Assembly (NCBI GenBank): GCA_036498945.1
Contig: DASYEQ010000116.1
Span: 38,641-102,640 of the forward strand
Direction of reading: 5' to 3'
From: Burkholderiales bacterium
GTDB taxonomy: Bacteria > Pseudomonadota > Gammaproteobacteria > Burkholderiales > JAEUOS01
Length of the DNA: 64,000 nt
The notes beneath the pieces are model-generated. The model was not told the origin of the DNA. It did no database searches and was given only the letters and a program-made list of their open reading frames with translations. A program made the position numbers and the translations under genes. Below, in pieces: positions 30,211 through 40,082 of this stretch (positions are counted from its first letter, which is position 1; each line of letters begins with the position of its first letter).

Positions 30211-30309
30211 GCAAGGTTCAAGCAGAATTGCCGGAAATCGCGCCGCCGAGGGGCGGCGGGTTTGGCAGTGACGGCAATGGGAACGGCGGGCGCGAGCCTG
30301 CCGTTCTTT

Positions 30310-30780
30310 TTATTTGTGCTCGCGCATGGCGTGGAACCAGTCGCGCACCGGGGCGGTGAGGAGGATGGCCATCACGTAGAGCTCCAGCCCCAGGCTGGCC
30401 ACCGAGAGCAGCGGAGCGAAGAGGGATTCGCTGCCGCGCGCGTAGCGCAGGCAGTTCAGCATGGTGCCGAGCAGGGAAAGGCCGGTGTAGCCGAAAAACG
30501 CCAGGCGCGCCCAGTTGCGCCCGTGGGCCAGCCCGAGAATGATCCACAGGAACAGGCCGAGGATGACGACCATGGTGGCGGCGCTTGCCACCAGCACTCC
30601 GCCGTCCAGGGGCGTGAGCAGCAGCGAGCCGAGCCCGGCGACCAGGCTGATGGTGTAGTCCAGCCCGAGGGCGATCAGTGCCGGTGTCATGCGCGCCGGG
30701 CGGCCGGGTTGGGGCTCGCGCGGCGCGGCGTCGGCAACGGCGCTGCGCGGCGGGGCGTAGGGGGAGTCGGAATCGGCCAA
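30310..30780 (-). CDS. SPYAPP-motif 4-TM membrane protein, paralog 2
   Basis: (M)ADSDSPYAPPRSAV...GRNWAR...RDWFHAMREHK; TTG start at 30780 inferred from the paralog N-termini. An alternative ATG at 30813 would overlap the upstream paralog. Confidence 0.55.
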   Translation of the reverse strand: MADSDSPYAPPRSAVADAAPREPQPGRPARMTPALIALGLDYTISLVAGLGSLLLTPLDGGVLVASAATMVVILGLFLWIILGLAHGRNWARLAFFGYTGLSLLGTMLNCLRYARGSESLFAPLLSVASLGLELYVMAILLTAPVRDWFHAMREHK

Positions 30781-30785
30781 CGGCT

Positions 30786-31259
30786 TCAGGCGCGCATTTT
30801 CATCGCATGGAACCATTCGCGCGCCGGGCGCGTGAGCAGCAGGTAGCAGATGTAGCCGCCCAGCCCGAGTTGGAACAGGCTCACCAGGGAATCCAGCGCG
30901 GGAAGGCGCCCGGTGAACAGATTGAACAGGAATACCGGGGCGGAAAGCAGCCCGAGACCGGTGCAGATGAGGTAGAGCAGGCGCGCCCAGTTGCGCCCGC
31001 GCGCCAGCTTGGTATTGAGCCAGAAGGTGAACAGGAATACCGCGGCATAGATCCCCGACTGGACCATCAACGGCAGGTGCTGCGGCGCTGGCACGGCCAG
31101 GCGGTACAGCGCGACGGCGATGCCGATGCCGAAGCCGATCCATAGCAGCATGACGGCCCGCGCCACTTGTGGCGGGCGCTCCAGCGAGACCTCGGGCTCG
31201 ACGTCGAGTACCGCGGCGCGCGGCGGGGCGTAGGGGGAGAGGGAAGATTCCGGTTCCAT
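30786..31259 (-). CDS. SPYAPP-motif 4-TM membrane protein, paralog 3
   Basis: MEPESSLSPYAPPRAAV...GRNWAR...REWFHAMKMRA; start at ATG 31259. Confidence 0.65.
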   Translation of the reverse strand: MEPESSLSPYAPPRAAVLDVEPEVSLERPPQVARAVMLLWIGFGIGIAVALYRLAVPAPQHLPLMVQSGIYAAVFLFTFWLNTKLARGRNWARLLYLICTGLGLLSAPVFLFNLFTGRLPALDSLVSLFQLGLGGYICYLLLTRPAREWFHAMKMRA

Positions 31260-31645
31260 TGTTGTGCTCTTCTTTGGAGACGATCGAACCCGCACTGTAG
31301 CCAAGCGCGGGCGCGGGCGCAACCGCGGCGTCCGCCCCTTGCGCGGGCAGGCAACTCGTGTATCTTAGGGAGCAGGAACGCGAGCGAATGACGGAACGGT
31401 AAATGGCCGGCGCGTGAGGTGGACGGGCAGGCGCCGGTTCCTTCGCGCAGCGCCGACAACACAACTGTGGTCGCGCGCAAGACGCCGCGGCGCCGATAGT
31501 CCGCAAAACCGCGGCGTGCGAAAAGCGGAAATCCTCCGTGGTTTACCGTGGTTTTAACACCAGCGTGGTCGGCACCCCGGTGTTTTTTTCGAAAAACCTG
31601 GGGTTTTATGGGGGTGCCACCACAAGTGTTGTAGAGGCGCGCATG

Positions 31646-31690
31646 AAAAAGGCCACCGCTTCTGCCGTGATTTCCACGGCGCGGTGGCCT
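31646..31690 (-). terminator. compound hairpin (AGGCCACCGC..GCCGTG-atttc-CACGGC..GCGGTGGCCT) followed by a T-run on the minus strand
   Basis: 10-bp plus 6-bp stems read from the sequence, downstream of the minus-strand gene 31770..31997. Confidence 0.6.
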
Positions 31691-31769
31691 GCAACACGCG
31701 GGTGTTGCTTTGGGTTGCCTGTTTGCCAGGGCCGCGGGTCTTGAGCCCGTGCCCCGGCTTTACGCGTGC

Positions 31770-31997
31770 TTAGTAGCGGTTGTGGTTTTGGGCGTGCAGC
31801 ACGCGCGCCTGGTGCGGCGTGATGCGGCCATGTTCGACGGCGCGGTTGATGCGGTGGTCTTCATGGCGCACCACGCGGTGCTCCTGGCGGTGGTAGGCGT
31901 GGGCGCGTTGCCACGGAGTCATCGCCATGGCGCCGGCGGAAAGAGTGGTGGCCGCAACGGCGGCGCCGGCGATCAGCAGGGTCTTGAGGGATTTCAT
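31770..31997 (-). CDS. small secreted His-rich protein (75 aa)
   Basis: Signal peptide MKSLKTLLIAGAAVAATTLSAGAMA; His/Arg-rich mature part (HAYHRQEHRVVRHEDHRINRAVEHGRITPH). Confidence 0.5.
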   Translation of the reverse strand: MKSLKTLLIAGAAVAATTLSAGAMAMTPWQRAHAYHRQEHRVVRHEDHRINRAVEHGRITPHQARVLHAQNHNRY

Positions 31998-32206
31998 TTT
32001 GGGTCTCCTGTTCTGTTGAGGTCTCGTGCGTTGTGTGCACGGTTCCCATTTGACGCTTCATCTTCTTAACAATCTGCCGGAATTGTGCTTCCGGATGTGA
32101 AAGAGTGTTGGGGGTGTAAGCGATTGTTTCCGGTGTAGGCGCCCGCCGACGGCTGAGGGCAAGCTGGGCGATAATCCACGTAAGTGTTGTGTGAGGCTCG
32201 AGGCGA

Positions 32207-32914
32207 ATGCGGATACTGGTGGTGGAGGACGATACGGTGCTGGCGGCGGCGCTGATGCGCGCGCTCACCCAGTCCGCGCACACGGTGGACCTGGCCGAAG
32301 ACGGCGAGGAAGCCAATCACGCGCTCGCCAGCACGCCCTACGACCTGGTGGTGCTGGATGTGGCGCTGCCCAAGGTGGACGGCCTCTCGGTGCTCAAGCG
32401 CCTGCGCGACCGCGGCTCGCAGGTGCCGGTGATGATCCTGACGGCGCGCGATACGCTGGACGATCGCGTCGCCGGGCTGGACCTGGGCGCCGACGATTAC
32501 ATGACCAAGCCTTTCGACCTGCCGGAATTCGAGGCGCGCACGCGCGCGCTGATCCGCCGCGGGCATTACAGCGCGGCACCTTCCATCATGCATGGCGAGG
32601 TGCGCTTCGACGCGCTGGCGCGGCGCCTGTTTCACGGCGAGACGCCGATCGAGCTTTCGGTGCGCGAGCTGGCCGTGGCCGAACTGCTGCTGACGCGCCA
32701 GGGCCGGGTGGTGAGCAAGGAGCAGATGATCGATGCCCTCTTCGGCTGGAGCGAGGAAGTGGGCAGCAACGCCATCGAGGTCTACGTGCACCGGGTGCGG
32801 CGCAAGCTGGAGCCGCTGGGGGTGGAGATCCGCACGGTGCGCGGCATGGGTTACCTGATCGACAAGCCGGACCGCCCCGCTGCCCGCGCGGGCGAGGTAG
32901 TGCCGGGCGCGTAG
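32207..32914 (+). CDS. OmpR-family two-component response regulator (QseB/TctD-like)
   Basis: MRILVVEDD receiver domain with winged-helix C-terminus. Confidence 0.9.
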   Translation: MRILVVEDDTVLAAALMRALTQSAHTVDLAEDGEEANHALASTPYDLVVLDVALPKVDGLSVLKRLRDRGSQVPVMILTARDTLDDRVAGLDLGADDYMTKPFDLPEFEARTRALIRRGHYSAAPSIMHGEVRFDALARRLFHGETPIELSVRELAVAELLLTRQGRVVSKEQMIDALFGWSEEVGSNAIEVYVHRVRRKLEPLGVEIRTVRGMGYLIDKPDRPAARAGEVVPGA

Positions 32915-32918
32915 TGCG

Positions 32919-34397
32919 ATGGAGCCGGTGAGCGCAGCGGTGAGGGAAGCCGGGGACGATGCCGGGCCGGGCGCGATCGCCCCCTTCGCCGCGCCGGAGG
33001 CGCCGGCACCCGCCCGGGCGGCCTTCACCTTGCGCGGGCAGTTGCTGCGCTGGCTGCTGGTGCCGTTGTCGCTGATTTTCCTGATCGACGTCGCCGGCAG
33101 CTATTACTTCGCCAGCAAGCTGGCGGACCGGGTCTACGACGGCGAGCTGATGGAAATCGCGCGCGAACTCGGCCTGCACGTGCGGCACAACGGCGGCGGC
33201 TATGTGTGGGACCTGGAGACCGATGCCGAGCGCACGCTTCTGCTGGACCAGGTGGACCAGGTGTCGTACACGGTGTTCGGCCCCGACGGCCGCGCGCTGG
33301 CGGGCGACCCGCAGGTGGCGCGCCATCCGCTGCCGCGCCAGGCGGCCACCGCCTTTTTCGACGGCGAGCAGAACGGCGAGGCGGTGCGCTACGCGGTGCT
33401 GCGGGTGAGTCCGTCAGGGGCACCGGCCGGGGCGGTGACGGTGCAGGTGGTGGAGACCATGGGTAAGCGCAACAACCTGGTACGCGAGATGTTTTTCGAC
33501 ATCACGCTGCCGCAGTTGCTGCTGATCCTGATCACCGGGGTGCTGGTGTATTTCGGCGTGGCGCGCGGGCTGGCGCCGCTGGACCGGTTGCGGGCGGCGG
33601 TGGCGGCGCGCTCGCACCTGGATTTGAGCCCGGTGCCGCCGCACGAAGCACCGGGAGAAGTGCATCCGCTGCTTTCCTCGGTCAACGACCTGATGGCGCG
33701 CTTGAACGAAGTGCTGACCTTCCAGAACCGTTTCATCGCCGATGCGGCGCATCAGTTGCGCACTCCTGTCGCCGGTCTCAAGGCACACATCGAACTGGCG
33801 CTGCGCGAAGAGGAGCCGCAGGAGATCAAGCGCGCGCTGGCGCATCTGTATACGGGCGTGCAGCGCATGTCGCACCTGGTGGCGCAATTGCTTTCGCTGG
33901 CGCGCAATGAGCCCAACACGGTGAACAAGCTGGCGCTGATTCCGCTGGACCTGAACAAGCTGGCCTTCGACGTGACGATGGAGTGGGTCCCGGAGGCGTA
34001 CCGCCGGGACATCGACCTGGGTTTCGACGATGCCGAGAAGCACGTGATGATCGGCGGCGACGCGATGCGCCTGACTGAACTGTTGAACAACCTGCTGGAC
34101 AACGCGATCCGCTACAGTCAGCACGGCGGGCGCGTGACGGTGCGGGTGGCGCAGGAGCCGACGCCGCGCGTTTCCATCTCGGATGACGGGCCGAGCATTC
34201 CGGTGGAGGAACGCCAGCGCGTGTTCGAGCGCTTTCACCGGCTGCTCGGCAGCCACACCGACGGCAGCGGCCTGGGGCTGGCGATCGTGCGTGAAATCGC
34301 CAGCCTGCATCGCGCCGAGATTTCGCTGGACGACGATATCGATGGCGTCGGCAACGTGTTCACGGTGGCCTTCCCCGGCCTGGCGGTATCGATCTGA
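32919..34397 (+). CDS. two-component sensor histidine kinase (QseC/TctE-like), membrane-bound
   Basis: Two TM segments flanking a periplasmic domain, HAMP, H-box AAHQLRTPVAGL and HATPase_c; sits 4 nt after the RR stop. Confidence 0.85.
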   Translation: MEPVSAAVREAGDDAGPGAIAPFAAPEAPAPARAAFTLRGQLLRWLLVPLSLIFLIDVAGSYYFASKLADRVYDGELMEIARELGLHVRHNGGGYVWDLETDAERTLLLDQVDQVSYTVFGPDGRALAGDPQVARHPLPRQAATAFFDGEQNGEAVRYAVLRVSPSGAPAGAVTVQVVETMGKRNNLVREMFFDITLPQLLLILITGVLVYFGVARGLAPLDRLRAAVAARSHLDLSPVPPHEAPGEVHPLLSSVNDLMARLNEVLTFQNRFIADAAHQLRTPVAGLKAHIELALREEEPQEIKRALAHLYTGVQRMSHLVAQLLSLARNEPNTVNKLALIPLDLNKLAFDVTMEWVPEAYRRDIDLGFDDAEKHVMIGGDAMRLTELLNNLLDNAIRYSQHGGRVTVRVAQEPTPRVSISDDGPSIPVEERQRVFERFHRLLGSHTDGSGLGLAIVREIASLHRAEISLDDDIDGVGNVFTVAFPGLAVSI

Positions 34398-34651
34398 GGG
34401 GTGGAAGCCCTGCCGGCTTCCTTACAGCGCCCGTCGGGAACGCCCGGGGGGCTGCCGCCATGCGGTGCGCATGATGCACTGCAACCTCGGCGTACAGCGC
34501 CCCGCGCGGACACAATCGTAAGCTTCCCGTAATGCTCGGGAAAGCCGCCCGTAATGTTTGCGACAGGCGGCCGTAAAGCTTGCGACAGGGAAGGGTAATC
34601 GCCGCCGGCTAGCATCCTCGGACCGTCATTAAAACCCGAGGAGACAACATA

Positions 34652-35398
34652 ATGTTCGAATCCCTGTCCAATCCGGACACCTGGGCCGCGCTGTTCAAGA
34701 TCGCGGTCATCAACGTGGTGCTGTCCGGTGACAACGCCGTGGTGATCGCCATGGCCTGCCGTTCGCTGGAACCGAAGCAGCAGCGCAATGCCTTCCTGGT
34801 GGGCGCCGGCGGCATCGTCGTGCTGCTCACCGTGTTCACGGTGTTCGCCGCCTGGCTGATGGATCTTTCCTACATCCAGGTGATCGGCAGCGTGCTGCTG
34901 GTGTGGATCGGCATCAAGCTGCTGATCCCCGAGGACGAGGGTGACGACATCGAAGGCAGCAGCAACTTCTGGTCGGCGGTAAAGACCATCATCATCGCCG
35001 ACATGGTGATGAGCCTGGACAACGTGCTGGGCATGGCCGGCGCCGCCAAGGGCCACCTGGGCATGCTGATCGTGGGCCTGGTGATCACGATGCCGCTGAT
35101 CCTGTTCGGCTCGGCGCTGCTGATGAAGCTGATGGAGCGCTTTCCCGTCGTGGTGCTGGGTGGCGCGGCGCTGCTCGGCTGGGTGGCGGGCGAGATGGCG
35201 GTGGGCGACCACGCCTTCAAGACCTACTTCGAGGCGCATGAACACATGAAGGACATCCTCGAGTGGGTGGTGCCGATCGCCGGCCTGCTGGTCGTGGTGG
35301 TGACCGGCAAGGTGCTGGGCTATAGCAAAACGAAGGAGGCAAAGGCGCTGCACCAGGCCGGGGCCGTGGCCGAATCGGCGGAGCGGGCCGGCTCCTGA
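34652..35398 (+). CDS. TerC-family integral membrane protein
   Basis: LSGDNAVVIAMA and SLDNVLGMAG TerC signature repeats. Confidence 0.85.
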   Translation: MFESLSNPDTWAALFKIAVINVVLSGDNAVVIAMACRSLEPKQQRNAFLVGAGGIVVLLTVFTVFAAWLMDLSYIQVIGSVLLVWIGIKLLIPEDEGDDIEGSSNFWSAVKTIIIADMVMSLDNVLGMAGAAKGHLGMLIVGLVITMPLILFGSALLMKLMERFPVVVLGGAALLGWVAGEMAVGDHAFKTYFEAHEHMKDILEWVVPIAGLLVVVVTGKVLGYSKTKEAKALHQAGAVAESAERAGS

Positions 35399-35434
35399 AC
35401 AACAACACAATAAACAGGAACGGAGGACGCTGAG

Positions 35435-35872
35435 ATGGCGAATGTCGCCGTACCCGTGCAGGACGAGCGGGAGGTCGACTGGGCGGTGGAACAGGCTGTC
35501 AAGCTGTTCCGCTTCCACCAGGCGCGCATCCATCTGCTGAACGTGCAGCACCCGTTGCCGCGTCACGTCTCGCGCTTCTTCTCGGGCGCCGACCTGCAGG
35601 AATTCCACCAGGAAAGCGGCATGCGCGTGCTGCAGCCGGCGATCCGGAAGCTGACCGAGGCGGAAGTGGCCTTCAAGGTGCACCTGCTGGTGGGCCACGA
35701 GGCGGAGACCATCGTGCACTTCGCCGAGGAGTATGGGTGCACGCGCATCGTGATGGAAGACAAACCCGAGGGCCTGCTTTCCGCGCTGGGGCTGGGCGCG
35801 GTCAACAGTCAGGTGAGTCACCTGCTCAGCGCGCGCAACCTCAGCGTGGCGATGGGCGCAGTACAGATATAA
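35435..35872 (+). CDS. universal stress protein (UspA-like)
   Basis: 145-aa alpha/beta protein in the UspA size class; moderate-confidence call. Confidence 0.6.
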   Translation: MANVAVPVQDEREVDWAVEQAVKLFRFHQARIHLLNVQHPLPRHVSRFFSGADLQEFHQESGMRVLQPAIRKLTEAEVAFKVHLLVGHEAETIVHFAEEYGCTRIVMEDKPEGLLSALGLGAVNSQVSHLLSARNLSVAMGAVQI

Positions 35873-36068
35873 CGCAGCCTTACCGTCGAAAGCGCGCGGT
35901 CCGCGGAAGCGGTTCGCGCGCTTTCATATTCGCTTCCACGCGACGCGCCGGCTGTGGGAAGGCGCCGACAGGCGCATGCGTACCGCCCTACTCGCGAATC
36001 GGCCGGGCCGCCGGATAGCCGCCCGCAAGGGCCTTGTCCAATGAACACATCTGGACAAGGAGCACGCC

Positions 36069-36215
36069 ATGAAAAGCCTCATCACATTGTTGATGGCGAC
36101 ACTCGTCGCCGCCCTCACCGGCTGCGCGGTTTACACACCCGGCCCGCCCGCCGGCGTGAGCGTCACCTACTACGACGCCCACCCCTATCACCATCATCAC
36201 GACCATCGCTGGTAG
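36069..36215 (+). CDS. small His-rich lipoprotein (48 aa), absent from the ORF track
   Basis: ATG 36069 after AAGGAG; MKSLITLLMATLVAALTGCAVYTPGPPAGVSVTYYDAHPYHHHHDHRW, stop at 36213-36215. Confidence 0.55.
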   Translation: MKSLITLLMATLVAALTGCAVYTPGPPAGVSVTYYDAHPYHHHHDHRW

Positions 36216-36340
36216 GCGACACCCAGGCGTAACAAGTCCGTAACAACGTTACGGCCTGTTACGCTTTCGCCGCAGCTACCGGTCGGCTTCGCGTGTCCAA
36301 CAAGCGTTAATCAGACAGCTTGTCACGCATGGAGATCATC

Positions 36341-36448
36341 ATGAAACGTTTGCTCGTTCTCGCCCTTGTCGCTGCCACCCTGGGTGGTTGCGCGGTATAC
36401 GTACCGGGCCCGCATCCGTATTACCATCATCACTACTATCGCTACTAA
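36341..36448 (+). CDS. small His/Tyr-rich lipoprotein (35 aa), absent from the ORF track
   Basis: ATG 36341 after GGAGA; MKRLLVLALVAATLGGCAVYVPGPHPYYHHHYYRY. Confidence 0.5.
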   Translation: MKRLLVLALVAATLGGCAVYVPGPHPYYHHHYYRY

Positions 36449-37041
36449 AAACCGGCGAAGGCTTCTTCCTGCGCCTGGCGGATCATGCGATAGACGGTGC
36501 GCGCGTTCCTGATGTGCTCGAACGCGCGCTCGACCACGAAGCCCGGCCAGGCGGCGAAGGGGTGACGGCGGCGCGCGGGCGCATCCGCGCTGTCGAAGGT
36601 GATGGTGCCGCGCTCGCCCTGCTCGGTCAACGTGACGTCGGGCAGCAGGCGTAGCGGCAGCGACTTCACCTCGCGGCGCCGCAGCCCGCTGATGATGATC
36701 ACGCGCTGGTTGGTCAGCGCGTAGCGCGTGCGGGTACGCCGCCACGCGTCCACGAGAAAGCGGCCGGCCACCATGTAGAGGCCGATGGCGACAAAGGGGA
36801 TGCCCCAGAGCACCATGACGTCCCGCATGCCGTCGGCCTGCGTGGATGCGTGGATGCGGACGACGCTGCTTTCCCAGAAGATGGCGAAGCCGCACCACAT
36901 CACGCTGAAGGGGATCTGATAAAGGTCGGAGGCACGCAGCATGAAGCCCGCGGGCGGTCGCCCGGACCAGAGCAGGTGCTCGCCGGGCGCGAACTCGCAC
37001 AAGGCTTCGTCGCGATGCATGCGCAGGATGGCGTTTTCCAT
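36445..37041 (-). CDS. bacterial PH-domain (bPH_2/DUF304-like) membrane protein
   Basis: MENAILRMHRDE...; two TM segments then a PH-like domain; immediately downstream of the flotillin gene on the same strand. Confidence 0.6.
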   Translation of the reverse strand: MENAILRMHRDEALCEFAPGEHLLWSGRPPAGFMLRASDLYQIPFSVMWCGFAIFWESSVVRIHASTQADGMRDVMVLWGIPFVAIGLYMVAGRFLVDAWRRTRTRYALTNQRVIIISGLRRREVKSLPLRLLPDVTLTEQGERGTITFDSADAPARRRHPFAAWPGFVVERAFEHIRNARTVYRMIRQAQEEAFAGF

Positions 37042-37117
37042 ATTGTTCTCCTTGCAATCCGATTGAATATCGGGACGGCGCCGGCCGCGCGTGATGCGCG
37101 GCCGGCCTGCCCGTTTC

Positions 37118-39103
37118 CTAGTCCTGGCTGTGCCCGACGCGACGCGCAATCGGGTTGCGGTCGGCCAGCATCATCGCCAGCATGGTCTCGACCATCGAAC
37201 CACTGGCGCCGCCTTCCTTGCCACCGCCGACGGTGATGCTTGGCACCAGCGGCAGCTTGGCGTGCTCGATCGCCTCGGCAAAGCGCATCAGCACCTGGCT
37301 GTTGAGCTGGTACTGTGGGCCGCCATAGGCCTCGACCTTCTTGGTCGTCGCTTCCGCCTCGGCCAGGCCGGTGGCGCGGATACGGTCCGCATCCGCCATG
37401 CCTACTGCGCGAATACGCTCCGCATCGCCATTACCTTCCACACGCACGCGGTCGGCATTCGCCTTGGCGGTCACCTGGATCGTTTCGGCTTCCTGGCGCG
37501 CTTGCGCGAGTTTCGCCTTGCCCTCGTTCTCGCGCACCTGGATCGACAACTGCGACTCGGTGATGTGCGCCTGTTGCTGCGCCAGCGCCTGTTTCTCGCG
37601 CAGCGTGCGCTCCTGGGTCGCGGCGATCTCCTGCAGCTTGTAGGTCTCAACCTGCTCCACCGCGATCTGGCGATTGCGCAATTGCATCAGGATCTGCTCG
37701 ATGCCACCGCCCTGCCCGCCCTCGGGCCCGCTGGCGCGCGGCGTGCCGATCAGCACCTCCTGCAATTCGAGGTTATAGCCGGCGAACTTCGCCCGCATCT
37801 CCTCCAGCGAGAGATTCTGGATTTCGCTGCGCTCCTGCAGCAGCTCGATCAGAGTCTTGGTCTGTGCGATGTTCTTGAAGAAGGCCGAGACCATCGGGTC
37901 GAGCGTCTGCTCGACCAGGCGCTTGATGTCGCCGAAGCGCTGTACCACCAGCGGCGCTTTCATGTAGTCGATATGCACCACCACCGACAGCGGCAGCGTG
38001 GGCTCGAACGCGTCCTTGGTAATCAATGAAACTTCGGACAGATTTTCATCCAGGCGATGCGGCCCGGTCGCCTCCTTCAGCCACTTGAGGACGAAGTTGG
38101 TGGTGGGCACCACGATCACCTTGCCGGCATAAGTATTGAAGGCATATTTGCCGGGGAGCATCGGCCTGTTCCACACGCCGCGGGTACCGGGCTCGACCAG
38201 CTCGCCGTGGCGATAGGCGTCGCCACTCATGTCCGCGCCGTAGCGCCCGGTGTACGACACCACCACGCCTACGGTGCCGACCTCGATCACTGTCTTTTTC
38301 ACCAGTTCGACGGTGGCGAACAGGCGGTTGATGTAGTACGAACCATCCACCAGCACCTGGTACTGGCGGCCGCGAAAGCCGGCGGCGCGCAGGAACTTCT
38401 CTGGGTCCTGGAAGTTGTTGTGGAACAGCTCGGTGCGGCGCGCGTCATTGCCTACCGCCGGCGCGATGATCTCGCCGTCCGGCAGCGCCGGGCCGTCATG
38501 CACGGTAACCACCCCGATCACGTCGTCCGCATCCTTGATCACCACCGGCTCGAAGCCATGGCGCGAGTCGATCAGCTGGCCCATCTGCTCGATCACCCCC
38601 TCGTCGGAAGACTCCAGCTTGATCGCATAGCGGCGCTCGCGCGTCAGCACGATGAACTGCGCCAGGTTGATCGCATAGGTGCCCTCGCGCAGGATCTTGC
38701 GCTGCGGACCTTTCTGACCGCCGGCATCGAGAAACGCGCGTACGTCCTGGAAGTCGAGCGCTTTTTCGTTCGCAGCCAGCGTCTGCGTCGGCGGCAGCGC
38801 CGCCCCGTCGCGGGCAAATACATAGCCGATCTGCCCTTGCGGAATGGTTACCAGCGGCACCCGATGCACCAGATACTGGAAGGGCAGGAAAAAGTGAAAG
38901 CCGCCGCGCAGCACATCAGGCGCATAACCGGCTTCGCCGTTCAGCGCAATCAGGCCGCTCTGGATGGAGCCGCCCGCGCTCCACAACTTCTCCTGCACGC
39001 CCAGGCGGTCGTTCGGAATGTAGCGAATCATGCCGCTGATGAAGGCAAACAACACAAACCCCGCGGCACCGATCAAACAATAGGCCCACACGGTCAGTCC
39101 CAT
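37118..39103 (-). CDS. flotillin-family SPFH/band-7 protein (YqiK-like)
   Basis: N-terminal TM segment, SPFH domain, and a long Ala/Glu/Gln-rich coiled-coil flotillin tail (QEAETIQVTAKANADRVRVEGNGDAERIRA...). Start at ATG 39103 with GGAG 7 nt upstream. Confidence 0.85.
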   Translation of the reverse strand: MGLTVWAYCLIGAAGFVLFAFISGMIRYIPNDRLGVQEKLWSAGGSIQSGLIALNGEAGYAPDVLRGGFHFFLPFQYLVHRVPLVTIPQGQIGYVFARDGAALPPTQTLAANEKALDFQDVRAFLDAGGQKGPQRKILREGTYAINLAQFIVLTRERRYAIKLESSDEGVIEQMGQLIDSRHGFEPVVIKDADDVIGVVTVHDGPALPDGEIIAPAVGNDARRTELFHNNFQDPEKFLRAAGFRGRQYQVLVDGSYYINRLFATVELVKKTVIEVGTVGVVVSYTGRYGADMSGDAYRHGELVEPGTRGVWNRPMLPGKYAFNTYAGKVIVVPTTNFVLKWLKEATGPHRLDENLSEVSLITKDAFEPTLPLSVVVHIDYMKAPLVVQRFGDIKRLVEQTLDPMVSAFFKNIAQTKTLIELLQERSEIQNLSLEEMRAKFAGYNLELQEVLIGTPRASGPEGGQGGGIEQILMQLRNRQIAVEQVETYKLQEIAATQERTLREKQALAQQQAHITESQLSIQVRENEGKAKLAQARQEAETIQVTAKANADRVRVEGNGDAERIRAVGMADADRIRATGLAEAEATTKKVEAYGGPQYQLNSQVLMRFAEAIEHAKLPLVPSITVGGGKEGGASGSMVETMLAMMLADRNPIARRVGHSQD

Positions 39104-40082
39104 GATGAAACTCCCCAATAAGAAGAAAGATTTGAAGTGATGCCGCGGCCCCGGGGCGGCGGGAGATTCGCGCTGTGTCCAGAGCCGTGCGGTGCGCGGA
39201 CAGTGCGGGCGAACGAATCCCCGGGCCGGTCTTGCCCGGACCGGCCTCAAGTCATTCGGGGAATCAGGTGCGCACGCTGCCGTGACGCGCGCCGCGCGGA
39301 TGCCGCGCAGCGCAGGGCGAGATCACCGCCGTCGGCCGCGGAACTCGCTGGGCAGGTCGTGACCGTAGAAGATCACTTGCGAATCACGGAAGGGATGGGT
39401 GCGCCAAGGACGGCGCACGCAGCGGACACGGCGCGCAAGGCAGCGCTTGGAAGATCGCACGCCTGCGCGGGGTGCGGGGGTGGGCCGAGGGTCGCTCCGG
39501 CCGGAGAGGAAATTCTTGTTGTTCGACATTGTGGGCGCTCTGCCAGCCGCCAATTTCTTGTCAGACTAAACGGTTTGCTTTATCTCTTGACCAGCGTCGC
39601 CTTGTGGGCCCCGCCGGCTTTATGTCGCATCAATAATTAATCACTTACTTAATTAGAGTACGCCGGCCGCAATAAATTGCAAGATCAGCCGACGAACGGT
39701 TGTTTGTGCGCCGGGCGACCCGGGGCGCGCGTTTTGCCGTCCCAGCGACGAAGCCCCTTGCCAGACTCAGCGCGCGCCCGGCGCCAACTTGCGGATTTTC
39801 ATGTCTGGCTGAGAAATTGCCGATGGAGCATCCAATTTCTCAGGTAAGCGAGTACAAACTCTCAATTTTATTTCGTGAAATCAGTCATTTACCAACTCGA
39901 TCTCCGGGAATTCGCCCGAGTTCCTCTATCCCATTGTCCTAGTGCAAATTCGTACAACAGGTGACTTTGTTGCTTTTTCGCACTCCGCTTTCGTGCAAAA
40001 GTCGCGCCCACCGGGTTTATATGCTTAAGTTGGATCCCAGTAGTCGCGCCTGGCGGTGTAATTTGTTATCATGAAGAGCTAA

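Noticed and set aside
30218-30846. ORFs 30218..30547 (-) and 30262..30846 (+) overlapping the SPYAPP paralogs
   Set aside because: They overlap and compete with the well-supported 4-TM paralog frames and carry no family signature.
39137-39640. ORFs 39137..39640 (+) and 39323..39553 (-) in the long intergenic region
   Set aside because: Both are Arg/Pro/Gly-rich or lack a ribosome-binding site. They overlap the flotillin leader and the AT-rich regulatory region. I saw no supporting features, so I did not call them.
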